Shown one piece after another: positions 12,250 to 22,368 of a stretch of DNA of 64,000 bases. The number at the start of each line of letters is the position of its first letter. Position 1 is the stretch's first letter. Below the pieces are notes generated by a model, which had not been told where the DNA came from, searched no databases, and saw only the letters and a list, made by a program, of their open reading frames with translations. Source of the stretch: an uncultured Verrucomicrobiae bacterium (GTDB lineage Bacteria > Verrucomicrobiota > Verrucomicrobiia > Chthoniobacterales > UBA10450); assembly GCA_963815455.1 (NCBI GenBank), contig CAWFGO010000002.1:320001-384000 (forward strand), read 5' to 3'. Position numbers and translations under genes: made by a program.

Positions 12250-13643
12250 GAGGCGACTCCTCCCGCGGGTTGATGTTTCGAAAACTCGTCGATCACCAAT
12301 TCAGTGCGGGCCAGCCGACTGCCCTTGATCAAAACAAGATCGCCGGGCGCGGCGATCTCGGCCAGCAACTCCGCCGCTTCCGATGTCGATCCTACGGTGA
12401 CGCTATTTTCCAAACCGGCATCTTTGGCCGCCTCGGCAATGGCGGATGCGGCATTTCCGATTGCAATTAGATGATCGATTTTCAGCGCGGCGGCGGCTTC
12501 GCCCACTTCGCGATGATCCCGCTCGGATTCCTCTCCCAGCTCGCGCATCTCGCCCAGCACGGCGATCCGTTTCCCATCCGCGTCCAGTTCCACCAGCGTG
12601 CGCAAAGCTGCCTTCATCGAATCCGGATTGGCATTGTAACTATCGTCGATGAATTGCACGCCGCGAACCTGCCTTGATCTGCAAACGCGCTTTGGTGAGC
12701 GGAGTGCCAGCGAGTCCGGCCGCGCATTCTTCCAGCGAGAGTCCAAACACGCGCCCGGCCGCAATGGCGAGCATCGCGTTTTGCACCATGTGCAGACCCG
12801 GCACCGGCAATTGCCCGCGACAGCGGTGCGCCCCTTCGAGAATCGTAAACTCCGATCCATCGGCGCTCTGGGTGATTTCGCTGGCGCTGAATCGTACCCT
12901 GCGTTGTCCCCGCGAAAACGATCTTCGCCCGCGTCCGCTCCGCAATGCTCTTACTGAATGCATCGTCCGCGTTGAGAATGACCGTTCCCTGCGGGCCAAC
13001 CGCTTCGGCTAATGCGCCTTTTTCATTTGCGATCGCTTCCCGCGATCCCATAAACTCGATGTGCGCGATGCCGACGTTTGTAATAATCGCCGCATCCGGC
13101 GCAGCCAGCTTCGACAGCGCGGCGACCTCGCCAGGGTGATTCATTCCGATTTCCCAAACGCCGATTTCGTCATCGGACGTCGCCTCGAGTATAGTGCGGG
13201 GCAAGTCCAACGTGATTGTTGAAATTGCCTTCCGTCTTCGTGACTCGAAATTTTTTGCCGAGGACCGAGGCGGCAAAATCCTTCGTGCTGGTTTTGCCGT
13301 TGCTTCCAGTAATGGCGAGGACTTTGAGCGGCAGCGATTTTCGATAATTGGCGGCGAGGGTTTGATAAGCCGCCAGCGTATCGGCCGCCCGAATCAAGGC
13401 GAATTCCTTCGGAACTTTCCCCTTCCAATCAAGCTCGACAATCGCTCCAGCCGCGCCTGCCTTCCCCGCCGCTTCGACAAATTTGTGTCCATCGAAATTT
13501 TCGCCGCGCAACGCGACAAATAATTCGCCGCGCTTCAACGTGCGCGAATCGGTACTGATCTTGTTGACGCTAATCTTCCCGTCTCCGGAGGAAAGTTTCG
13601 CACCGGCGAGTTGAGCAATCTGAGAGAGTGGCAGCGAATTCAT
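12246..13643 (-). CDS. murF: MurF ligase (frameshifted)
   Basis: STDSR, GENFDGH, ITGSNGKTSTK, EIGMNHPGE, DDSYNANPDSM and KGSR motifs. Confidence 0.95.
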
Positions 13644-15149
13644 CAAAACTCCATGGGATGATCTTCAATCGCGCGACGGGCCACCTGAATATCGTCGAAC
13701 GGGATCGTGTGATCGGCGAATTCCTGATACGCTTCGTGACCTTTGCCTGCAATCAGAACAATGTCGCGCGGCTCGGCAATTTTCACCGCGCGCGTAATCG
13801 CCTGAGCGCGATCGGTGATTTTTTCATAACGATCGGCGCGAAAACCTTTCTCGATCTCGGCGATGATTGCATCCGGATCTTCCTTGCGCGGATTATCGGA
13901 GGTGACGATCGCGTAATCGGCATGTCGATCCACCGCCTCGGCCATGAGCGGGCGCTTTTGCCGGTCGCGGTCGCCGCCGCAACCGAACACAACAATCAAA
14001 CGGCGGGGCTCGAGCTCGCGAAGTGTCTTGATCACATTCAACAGCGCGTCCGGCGTATGCGCATAATCGACAAAGACCTGGAACTGCCGCTTTGCCGGCA
14101 CGATTTCCAATCGGCCCGGCACTTGCGGCGATTTCGTCAGGCTCAGGACGGCTTCTCGCAGATTGACCCCCAGCGCGTTGGCGGCGGCCAGCGCGGCCAT
14201 TGAATTCGCAACATTGAACCGGCCGATCAATGGCACGCGTACCAGATAACTTCGTCCCCGCGCATCCAGTTGATACGAGGTGCCGCCAAATTCCATTCGG
14301 TAATTCGAGGCGCGAAAATCAGCGCGCGCACCCATCCCGAACGTGACCACCGAAATGCTCCCGCCACCGCGGGTCCGTCCTCCGGCGAACTTGTCGATCT
14401 TCTTAAGCAATTGCTCGCCGTAGCGGTCGTCGATGTTAACGATCGCGACCGCTTTGCGCTTTTTTTGTTGTTGAGCCAGTTGGGTAAACAATTTCGCCTT
14501 CGCCTCGAAATAATTTTCCATGGTGCCGTGAAAATCGAGATGGTCCTGGGTGAGATTGGTGAACACGGCAACGTCCCACTCGATCCCGCCGGTGCGGTCC
14601 TGGGCCAGCGCGTGCGATGAAACTTCCATGGCCGCGGCGCGACAATCTGCGTTCGCCATTTGGGCGAGCAACTCCTGCAAATCGAGCGACTCCGGCGTGG
14701 TGCGCGTGGCCGGCAAAACCCGCTCGCCGATTTCGTAGCGCACGGTGCCGATCAAGCCGCAACGCAAACCGGCCTTCTCGCAAATGTGCTTGATAAGAAA
14801 GTGGTGGTCGTTTTGCCATTCGTGCCGGTAACAGCGGCCAGCTTCAATCGGTCCGCCGGATGCCGGTAAAAGGTGGCGGCGAGATCGGCCAGCGCGCTGC
14901 GGGTATTTTCGACGACGAGACAAGTCGCGCGCGAATGTTTTTCTTCGCGCTCGGTAACGATCACCGTGGCGCCTTTTTCGATAGCCTGCCCGATGAAATT
15001 GTGTCCGTCATTTTTCTCCCCCGCAGCGCCACGAACATGCCATTCCTCTGCACTCGCCGCGAGTCATACGCGATGCTTTCCACCGCGCGATCAAGTGGGC
15101 CGATGATTTCGCGAATTGGAATTGCACCGGCGAGAGACTTGAGCTGCAT
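13643..15149 (-). CDS. murE: MurE ligase, meso-DAP-type motif (frameshifted)
   Basis: [50 protein letters not shown] and AGKGHE motifs. Confidence 0.95.
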
Positions 15150-15177
15150 GAGGATTCAACAACATTGCGCAAAGTGC

Positions 15178-16944
15178 TCAATGGGGCGAAGCATTGCTTG
15201 AGGCGACTCTTCCCACCGGAATGGCTTTGCGGATTTCCTCATGCGGTTGAAGATCGAGATAACGGGCCGCTTTTTCGGCGATCCGGGCAAAAATGGGGCC
15301 GGCCACAAGTCCGCCGTAGTTCAGTTCCGGCGTAGCTGGTGTGGGCATCGTCCAGCACCACCAATCCGACAAACTCCGGATGATCCGCCGGCAAATATCC
15401 GCTGAAAGAGACGACATATCTTCCTTGTTCGTATCCGCCTTTGGGATCGACTTTTTGCGCCGTGCCGGTCTTGCCCGCAATCATAAAACCCGGGACGGCG
15501 GCCGCCGCGGCGGTGCCGCGATCACTCACGACACCGCGCAGCGCATCGCCGATTTGTCTGGCTGTCTGGGGAGAAATTACCTGGCGCAACACGACCGGCG
15601 AAAGCGAGCTGATCGTCTGGCCGTCATCGGAGGTGATTGATTTTACGATCCGTGGCGTGACCAGCTTGCCGCCATTGGCAATGGCCGCCATCGCCAATGT
15701 CATTTGAAGGGGCGTGACTCCGATCTCATGCCCCATCGGGATTCGCGTAATGGAAATCTTGGTCCATGATTGGGGCGGCCGAATCAAGCCGCTGATTTCG
15801 CCGGGCAACTCGATCCCGGTCCGTTCGCCAAAACCGAACCGGCGAATGTATTCGTAAAATTTTTCTTCGCCCAGGCTGATGCGCGAGCTTGGCGGCGCCG
15901 ATGTTGCTCGATTTCACGAGCACATCCTTCACGGTCAAATCGCCGAAAGGCCGGTGATCGTGGAGCGCGGTCCCGCCAAAATGCCCATCGGCCATTCTCG
16001 CAAAAAATGACCGAGTCAGGCCGGAACCTGCGTTCGTTGAGCGCGGCGGCAGCCGCGACGATCTTGAACGTCGAACCGGGCTCCATCATGTCGATGATGG
16101 CGCGGTTTTTCATCTGCTCGGGTTTGGCCTGGGAGCGCAGGTTCAAATCGAAGCTCGGACGATTGGCCATGGCCAGGATCTCGCCGGTTTCGGGGCGCAT
16201 AAGAATGATTGTCGCCTTGTTAGGCGTATATTCGCGCATGGCGGCATCGATCTCGTTCTCCACGATGTTCTGCAGATTAAGATCGACAGTGAGCCGGACG
16301 TTGTAACCGTTGCGGGGCGCGCGTTCCTGCCCGCGATACAGAACGATCTCCTGGCCGGCCCGGTTCCGCTCGGTGAACCGGTAGCCGTCCTGACCGTGCA
16401 GATATTCTTCCATCGACGCTTCCACGCCCTGTATCCCGCGATGATCGAAATCGGTGAACCCGATCACGTGACAGAGCATCGGTCCGTTTGGATAAACGCG
16501 TTTGCTGTCGGGCTCGAAATAGATTCCGCCCAAATCCTGCTTTCGCATTTTTGCCACCAGCGCACCGGCCTCAGTGTCCGGCACTTCGCGCTTGAGCACG
16601 ATGTAACGACGGTCGCTGTGTAGTTTCTCTCTCAATTCCCGGGCCGGGATCTTCAAGGCGCCGCTGAGAAGATCGACAGTCGCCTCTATATTATTAAGAC
16701 GGCTCGCATCGGCCACGACCGTTTGCATCGGCACATTGTCCGCCAGCACGTCTCCGTTCGCGTCGAAAATCGCGCCGCGCTCGGCCCGGATGGTCTGCTT
16801 ATGAACGTGTTTTTCAGCGGCAAGCCCGGCGTATTCGTCGTGCTTGATCATCTGAATATAAACGAGCCGGAATGAGAAAATGCTGAAAAGCGCGGTCAAG
16901 CCGAGGCAAACGACCACGCAACGAATCCGGCTGTTCCACTTCAT
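15178..16944 (-). CDS. ftsI: Class B penicillin-binding protein FtsI/PBP3 (frameshifted)
   Basis: RGAIFD, RVYPNG, EPGSTFK (SxxK), KSSN (SxN) and GKTGTAQ motifs. Confidence 0.93.
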
Positions 16945-17306
16945 CGTCCGGCTCGCTGGTTCGAAATGGGCTGAATCGCGTCCTCGACGCGGCGCGCGGG
17001 AATCGCAAGTCTCACGATGTTACGCTCGGGGATTGGGATCATTTTCAGCTGCCCTTCCTTTAGCCGCCGCTGCAAGGCCGCTCGCGAGGTCAAGGCCGCA
17101 ATCGCTGAGCTGGTGACGTCGTTCTGCGTGCGCAAATTTGCCAGCTCCGTCTCCAGCGCCTTCTTTCTGTCGCCGAGATGATAAAGCTGCACCTTCAGGT
17201 AAAGGTAACCCAGCGCGGTCAGCGCAAAAAACGCCGCCACCACGATCCAACGTGCCAGTGACGGCGCATCGACCATGTTCCAATTCTTTCGGTGGGAACG
17301 GCTCAT
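16941..17306 (-). CDS. ftsL: FtsL-like cell division protein
   Basis: Single TM followed by a leucine-zipper-like coiled coil; canonical position between rsmH and ftsI with 4-bp overlaps. Confidence 0.7.
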   Translation of the reverse strand: MSRSHRKNWNMVDAPSLARWIVVAAFFALTALGYLYLKVQLYHLGDRKKALETELANLRTQNDVTSSAIAALTSRAALQRRLKEGQLKMIPIPERNIVRLAIPARRVEDAIQPISNQRAGR

Positions 17307-18307
17307 GCGATTTTTTCTGCCACGCGCAATTTCGCGCTGCGCGAACGCGGGTTTTGCCGTTGTTCTTCTGCTCCCGGCTCAACCGGCTTCTGGGTGATAA
17401 GATTAAAATGGAAATCCGGATTGCGCCGCGGCTCCGGCCATTCCGGCCGGTCGATCCATTCGCGGCTGCGATCGCGGAAGAAATTTTTGACGATGCGATC
17501 TTCCAGGGAATGAAACGCGATCACGGCAATGCGGGCGCCGATTTCGAGTCGTGACGTTAAGACTCGCAAGCCCTGCTCCAGGGCGCCGAGCTCGTCGTTC
17601 ACTTCCATGCGCAATGCCTGAAAGACCTGCGTCGCCGGATGCCGTCGCCCATGGCGGCCGACTACTTTCTCGATCACGCGCACGAGCGGGAGCGTTTCGC
17701 TAAACGGCGACGTCTTTCGCGTCTTCACGATTAAAGAGGCGATACGGCGCGCCGCCGGTTCCTCGCCCAGTTCGCGAAACAAACGAGTGAGTTGTTCTTC
17801 GGTGTAGTCGTTAATGATGCTGGCCGCGGTCGTAACCTGATGCCACGGGTCCATTCGCATATCGAGCGGGCCGTTGCGCATCATGCTGAAACCGCGCTCG
17901 GCATTTTCCAGCTGCCGCGAGGAAACACCCAGATCGAGCAGCGCGCCGCCGATTGCACCAACACCCAGCTCGTCGAGGATCCTGTCGGCGTAACGAAAAT
18001 TTGCCTGCCGCACGGTGACGCGCCCGCCGAATTTGGTCAGCTCCTCGGTCGCGTGCCGGATCGCATCAGGATCCTGATCGAGCGCCAGAACATCAGCGCC
18101 TGTGCGCAAGATCGCTTCGGTGTGACCGCCGCCGCCGCAGGTGGCATCGACCACAAGCGCGCCGGGGCGCGGGGCCAGCAGCTCGACGACTTCGGTCAGC
18201 AGAACCGGTTGATGATAGGTGTAATCCTCCATTTCCTGCGCCTCCTCTTCGAGAATCAGCGGGCCGGTTGCGAACCAGACTGGCCGTTCGAACAATAATG
18301 CATTCAT
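17303..18307 (-). CDS. rsmH: 16S rRNA m4C1402 methyltransferase RsmH (alternative start at 18232)
   Basis: HQPVLL, DATCGGGGH, DLGVSS, PLDMRM, FQALR, FHSLEDR and NPRSRSAKLR motifs. Confidence 0.96.
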   Translation of the reverse strand: MNALLFERPVWFATGPLILEEEAQEMEDYTYHQPVLLTEVVELLAPRPGALVVDATCGGGGHTEAILRTGADVLALDQDPDAIRHATEELTKFGGRVTVRQANFRYADRILDELGVGAIGGALLDLGVSSRQLENAERGFSMMRNGPLDMRMDPWHQVTTAASIINDYTEEQLTRLFRELGEEPAARRIASLIVKTRKTSPFSETLPLVRVIEKVVGRHGRRHPATQVFQALRMEVNDELGALEQGLRVLTSRLEIGARIAVIAFHSLEDRIVKNFFRDRSREWIDRPEWPEPRRNPDFHFNLITQKPVEPGAEEQRQNPRSRSAKLRVAEKIA

Positions 18308-18328
18308 GTTTCTCCCTTCGCTTGCGCG

Positions 18329-18796
18329 CTACAAACCGATCACATTCGCCACGTGCTGGTAGGTGCCGGTCTCGTCTTCATGGGCCTTCTTCCAGCGCTG
18401 CAGATTCCAAATCTCGAAACGCCCGCGACCGCCGACGAGAGCAACCTCGCCTTTGAGCCCGATTTTTTTGCAAAGGTCCTCGGGGAGAACGAGCCGCCCT
18501 TGTCGATCGGCGCTGCCGTGCTGGGCGCGGGAATGCAAATGCCGCAGGAAAACCCGGCGATCGCGCGCGGAAATGTTAGGCTCGGATTCGGCGGCGGCGC
18601 TCATACGAGAAAATTCCTCAGGCGACATGACCAGGAGAAATTGATCAGTCGCTTCCGAAAGAACGATGAACTCCTCGGAGCCACGGCGACGCCAGCGCGC
18701 GGGAATCGTGATCCGATTTTTTTCGTCGATGAAATGGCGGAACTGGCCTGCGTAGAGAGGCGAAGGGTATCCTGGCGATGTTGTCGTGCTCTCCAT
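18329..18796 (-). CDS. mraZ: Transcriptional regulator MraZ
   Basis: Two AbrB-like halves (IDEKNRITIPARWR and DRQGRLVLP), GRFEIW, first gene of the dcw cluster. Confidence 0.92.
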   Translation of the reverse strand: MESTTTSPGYPSPLYAGQFRHFIDEKNRITIPARWRRRGSEEFIVLSEATDQFLLVMSPEEFSRMSAAAESEPNISARDRRVFLRHLHSRAQHGSADRQGRLVLPEDLCKKIGLKGEVALVGGRGRFEIWNLQRWKKAHEDETGTYQHVANVIGL

Positions 18797-18810
18797 GTCT
18801 GAGTGGTGAA

Positions 18811-18850
18811 TTGGTCCATTCTAACCCACTTTCACCCACTTTTAACCACC
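18811..18850 (-). promoter_or_regulatory. MraZ-binding direct repeats with 10-bp period
   Basis: The minus strand reads GTGGttaaaa GTGGgtgaaa GTGGgttaga ATGGacc just upstream of mraZ, matching the known MraZ operator pattern. Confidence 0.8.
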
Positions 18851-18969
18851 CTCGCCCCAGCTATGTCAACAGAATTTTTACTCTTTTTTCCGGCCGGTTT
18901 CCCGCCCAGGCCTTTTTCTCTTTTATCAAAATCATTTTTGGCACGGAAAATTCCAGATACCGGCTTCAA

Positions 18970-19006
18970 TTGAGCGTTGAAAGTTGAGCGTTAAACGTTG
19001 AGCGTT
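18970..19006. repeat. Heptamer tandem repeat (TTGAGCG-like x5)
   Basis: ttgagcg ttgaaag ttgagcg ttaaacg ttgagcg tt. Confidence 0.85.
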
Positions 19007-19020
19007 GGCTCTTCAGACGC

Positions 19021-19524
19021 ATGCAACTGTTCGCTGTTAGATCGACAATCGCGTTCGCCGCCTTCTTTTTTCTTGAGGCCTCAGCCCTGGCCCAATCTCC
19101 GGAGCAGAGCGATTCCGTTCGCGTGATGGTAACCGTAAACCTGGATGGCTCCCGCACCGCTTACAAATTCGATGATGGCAAGCGCAAGGCTGTCGCCACG
19201 ACCACCAACCCCGACGGCAAACTGCGAGAGAAGATTCGTTACGATCTCGACGAAGCCGGGCGCTTTTCCACCGGACGCATTTTCGGTCCCGATGGCAAAT
19301 TTCGTTTCAAGAGCCGTTACAAATACGACACCGACGGCCGGATGCAGGAGGAAATTCAAATGAGCGAGAAAGACGCGGTCCTGCACAAGATCGTTTACAG
19401 CTACGATCCCAACGGCAAACAGATCGGCTATTCGATTTTCGACGCGAACGGAAAACTCCTCGCCCGAACAACCGGGCCAACCCCCGCCGCCTCGCCTAAA
19501 TCACGCGAGAAAAGCTCGCGGTGA
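19021..19524 (+). CDS. Secreted hypothetical protein with YD-like repeats
   Basis: Signal peptide (ALA-Q) and four repeats: YKFDDGKR, YDLDEAGR, YKYDTDGR, YSYDPNGK. Confidence 0.75.
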   Translation: MQLFAVRSTIAFAAFFFLEASALAQSPEQSDSVRVMVTVNLDGSRTAYKFDDGKRKAVATTTNPDGKLREKIRYDLDEAGRFSTGRIFGPDGKFRFKSRYKYDTDGRMQEEIQMSEKDAVLHKIVYSYDPNGKQIGYSIFDANGKLLARTTGPTPAASPKSREKSSR

Positions 19525-19528
19525 CTCT

Positions 19529-19666
19529 GGGGCGCACAGGCTGCCAGCCTGTAGGTCTCGGCAGCTTGCCGAGACCGGACGTTTCAAGTCAATCCTCTGA
19601 ATCATATGTGCAAAAGATGTTGCCGGCAGGCTGCCGGCAACTGCAGGCTGGCAGCCCGCGCTCCCC
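19529..19666. repeat. Composite REP-like element (GGGGCGCACAGGCTGCCAGCCTG ... CAGGCTGGCAGCCCGCGCTCCCC)
   Basis: Inverted arms with several internal hairpins. Confidence 0.8.
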
Positions 19667-19676
19667 GAAATTCCGA

Positions 19677-19889
19677 TCAGCGCTTCAAATCGTGCAGTGA
19701 CTCGCGGGCGACTTCGGCTTTCTCGATTGGAATTGGAACTGCCGTTCCGATTTTCGATTTCACAGTGGCGACATCCGATGCGCTAATCGTCCCGCTCACA
19801 TTGATGTCAGTGCGGAAATTCGAACTCGTGACCAATTGTCCTACTTGCGCCTTGGTTTGGCTGACGTCGGAAGCGTTGACCAGTTTCAT
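19677..19889 (-). pseudogene. Orphan dockerin-type C-terminal domain fragment
   Basis: VNASDVSQTKAQVGQLVTSSNFRTDINVSGTISASDVATVKSKIG is a duplicated dockerin-like unit whose first Ca-binding loop is truncated; no signal peptide and no parent gene. Confidence 0.6.
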
Positions 19890-20013
19890 CTCTTTCTGGA
19901 TTTGCGGACGAAAGATTACAGAACGGCGACTCAGTTAGGCAAGATTAATCCGCCATGGAACAATGGCTCTGTGGCGAAGGGAACGGGATCGATCAAGACC
20001 CTATGGCCAAATG

Positions 20014-20066
20014 AGGCGGCGAAGCCGCGATTGATCGACATCGCCCGCGGACCGGCCGATCCACCT
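20014..20066. repeat. Partial copy of the 7870 palindromic element
   Basis: AGGCGGCGAAGCCGC...CATCGCCCGCGGACCGGCCGATCCACCT. Confidence 0.75.
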
Positions 20067-20126
20067 TCCCCTACGGCGGCTGCTACGGCGCTTGCCAGCG
20101 AGGGCAAACGACGTTAAAAAAGCCCG

Positions 20127-20810
20127 GTGATTGATTACATCCAGAAGGGCGGGTTGCTAATGTGGCCGATTTTCGTCTGCAGCATTGTTTCCATCGCCGT
20201 TTTCGCGGAGCGCTTTTTCTTTTTGCATCGGGCGACGATCCACGTCGGTGAATTTCTTAAAGGGCTTTCCAATCTCATTCAGCGGCGAAATTTTGCCGAA
20301 GCGTTGCATGAATCGGCGGGGACGCCGGGGCCGGTGGCGCGCGTGATTCATTCGGCCATTATCCGGCACGATGCACCGCGGGCGGAGTTGCGCGATATCG
20401 TGCAGGAAGCCGGTCAATTGGAAGTGCCGAAGCTGGAGCGATTTTTGGGTGTGCTGGCGACGATCGCGTTCCTCGCGCCATTGCTTGGATTGCTCGGGAC
20501 GGTGGCGGGAATGATCGACGCTTTCGGCACGATTTCATCGAGCGGCGGTTACGTCACCGTGACGGAGCTGTCGCGCGGTATCTATAAGAGCCTGCTGACG
20601 ACGGCGGCCGGTCTCGTCGTGGCTACGCCGACGTTTGTGGCCTACAGTTATCTCTCGTCGCGGGTCAACACCATGATGCACGACATGGAACGGGCCGGAA
20701 TCGAGATCGTGCATATGCTGACGGAAACGCGCCCGCTTGGCGGGATCATCAGTTTCCAGCAAGGCGGCGAGTCGCCGGCGCGCGACCGCGACGCCCGTCA
20801 GGACGTCTAA
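20127..20810 (+). CDS. MotA/TolQ/ExbB proton channel family protein
   Basis: GGLLMWPI, APLLGLLGTVAGMI and LLTTAAGLVVA motifs. Confidence 0.9.
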   Translation: MIDYIQKGGLLMWPIFVCSIVSIAVFAERFFFLHRATIHVGEFLKGLSNLIQRRNFAEALHESAGTPGPVARVIHSAIIRHDAPRAELRDIVQEAGQLEVPKLERFLGVLATIAFLAPLLGLLGTVAGMIDAFGTISSSGGYVTVTELSRGIYKSLLTTAAGLVVATPTFVAYSYLSSRVNTMMHDMERAGIEIVHMLTETRPLGGIISFQQGGESPARDRDARQDV

Positions 20811-20930
20811 CAACAGATGGACATGGCAACCAGACCGGATTCTGGAAGGGAAGCTGTCAGCTCCCCCTACAAGAAATTTTCCGGCTATTCGTGTTTATTC
20901 GTGTTCATCGGTGGTTAATTCAGCGCGCGC

Positions 20931-21335
20931 ATGAAGCTTAGCCGGACGAAGGATTATCACTTCGGGTGGCTGGTGGTTTTCCCGATGCTCGATGTGGCGT
21001 TCCTGATGGTTTTCTTCCTCGTGCTCAGTTCGCATTTTATTTTGCAGCACGGCGTTTCCATTTCGATGCCGTTCTCGCGGTTCACGCTCGGGCCGCAGAT
21101 CAATCAGCAAATCATCAGCATCACCGGCGGCGCGGCTCCGGCGATTTATTTTCGGGACCAAAAAGTTACTCTCGAACAGCTCGGGCCGATGCTGGACGCG
21201 GCCAAGCGCGACGGCCAGTCGATCATTATCAAGGCCGACCGGTTCACTCCGTACGAAACCATCATTGAAGTGACCAACGCGGCTCTCGAACACGGGATCA
21301 CGTCCGTAGCGTTGGCGGCAACTCCTCCCCGATGA
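20931..21335 (+). CDS. ExbD/TolR family protein
   Basis: PMLDVAFLMVFF (channel Asp retained) and IIIKADRFTPY. Confidence 0.88.
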   Translation: MKLSRTKDYHFGWLVVFPMLDVAFLMVFFLVLSSHFILQHGVSISMPFSRFTLGPQINQQIISITGGAAPAIYFRDQKVTLEQLGPMLDAAKRDGQSIIIKADRFTPYETIIEVTNAALEHGITSVALAATPPR

Positions 21336-22129
21336 ATGCGCCTGCGTCGGCAACAGCGCCGCTTCTTTTTCATTGGGAATCACAAGGCAGGAGACGAAGA
21401 GCGATCATCGTGTTTCTCGTTGCCTCGTTAGTCGCGCACGCTCTCTGCTTCTATGTTTTTCAGATCGTCTATCCACCCACCGTCGCCCTGGTGCCGCCGC
21501 CGGTTCGGGTGAGTCTGATCACGGCCGATTCGGAGGAAGGACGCACGCTGCTCCGCTGGGTTGAATCAGAAGATCCCGCGCTCGCCTTCGCGACTCATCG
21601 GCCGCCCGAAGCGAGGCTGCATGCGTTACCGAAAATTGCGCACGTGCCGTCGTATCTGACCAAGGAGCCGATCTTGAAGCAGGCGCCACCTTTGGTTGTC
21701 GATCTTCGCCCGCCCAGCCCCCACCAGCCTGGTCCGGTCCCGATGACGCGTCGGTCGGCCGCGCCTGCAATCGGCGCAATCCCTACGGCGGTCTTGTTCT
21801 CCGAGACGCTTGATGAGCTGGGTCCGCCGATTTTGCCCAAGCCAAGATTTATCGCGTCTAATAATGAGCCTGCTCAAAGCACCCGTTTCCGCATTGCGGT
21901 GGGCCCCGCCGGGGAAGTTCGATATTGTTTCCCGCTCGATTCCTCAGGCGATCCTGCCTTGGACGAACAAGCGCGCAATCATCTCATGCTCTGCCGTTTC
22001 CAGCCGGTCCGCGATCAGCCCCTCCCTGGCGGGGCAACGAGCGATTCATTGATCTGGGGCGTAGCGACAATCGAATGGGGCAACGACGTCGCACCGCCGC
22101 CAGGAGCATCGACAAAGAGTTCGCCGTGA
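21332..22129 (+). CDS. TonB-like energy transducer (hypothetical)
   Basis: TM anchor with SLVAH (SxxxH motif), a Pro-rich linker and C-terminal FRIAVGPAGEV...SSGDPALDEQA. Confidence 0.65.
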   Translation: MNAPASATAPLLFHWESQGRRRRAIIVFLVASLVAHALCFYVFQIVYPPTVALVPPPVRVSLITADSEEGRTLLRWVESEDPALAFATHRPPEARLHALPKIAHVPSYLTKEPILKQAPPLVVDLRPPSPHQPGPVPMTRRSAAPAIGAIPTAVLFSETLDELGPPILPKPRFIASNNEPAQSTRFRIAVGPAGEVRYCFPLDSSGDPALDEQARNHLMLCRFQPVRDQPLPGGATSDSLIWGVATIEWGNDVAPPPGASTKSSP

Positions 22130-22365
22130 TCCAGGTCAGCCTCACAACGCTGGTGACGATTTATTTGCTGCTTTTTCTTGCAGCGGTTTTTCTCTTCTGG
22201 ATATTGGAAGAATGGAATCGCCGGCGGCGCGAACGTCGAGCATTACGCTATCGTTTGCGCTGTGTGATTTGCGCGTTCGAATTTGAAGATCGAACCGACG
22301 CATTGCTTCCGCGGTGCCCGCGCTGTGGAAGTTTAAACGAGCGATTCAAACTGGAGCGAATCTAA
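22126..22365 (+). CDS. Small membrane protein with Zn ribbon
   Basis: GTG start overlaps the upstream stop; one TM helix, an Arg-rich segment and CVIC...CPRC. Confidence 0.7.
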   Translation: MIQVSLTTLVTIYLLLFLAAVFLFWILEEWNRRRRERRALRYRLRCVICAFEFEDRTDALLPRCPRCGSLNERFKLERI

Positions 22366-22368
22366 AAA

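Noticed and set aside
1..16944. dcw genes as true pseudogenes, or programmed frameshifting
   Set aside because: Motifs are intact, breaks are single-base and scattered, and no common slippery site was seen; sequencing error is the simpler explanation.
18938..18958. Sigma-54-like TTGGCACG site
   Set aside because: The -12 element reads ATTC rather than TTGC.
19529..19666. REP clusters as a CRISPR array or MITE/IS
   Set aside because: There is no regular repeat-spacer periodicity, no cas or transposase gene, and no clear target-site duplication.
22007..22034. Possible further in-frame palindrome in the TonB-like gene (VRDQPLPGGA)
   Set aside because: The stem is weak and there is no clear second copy in the window.
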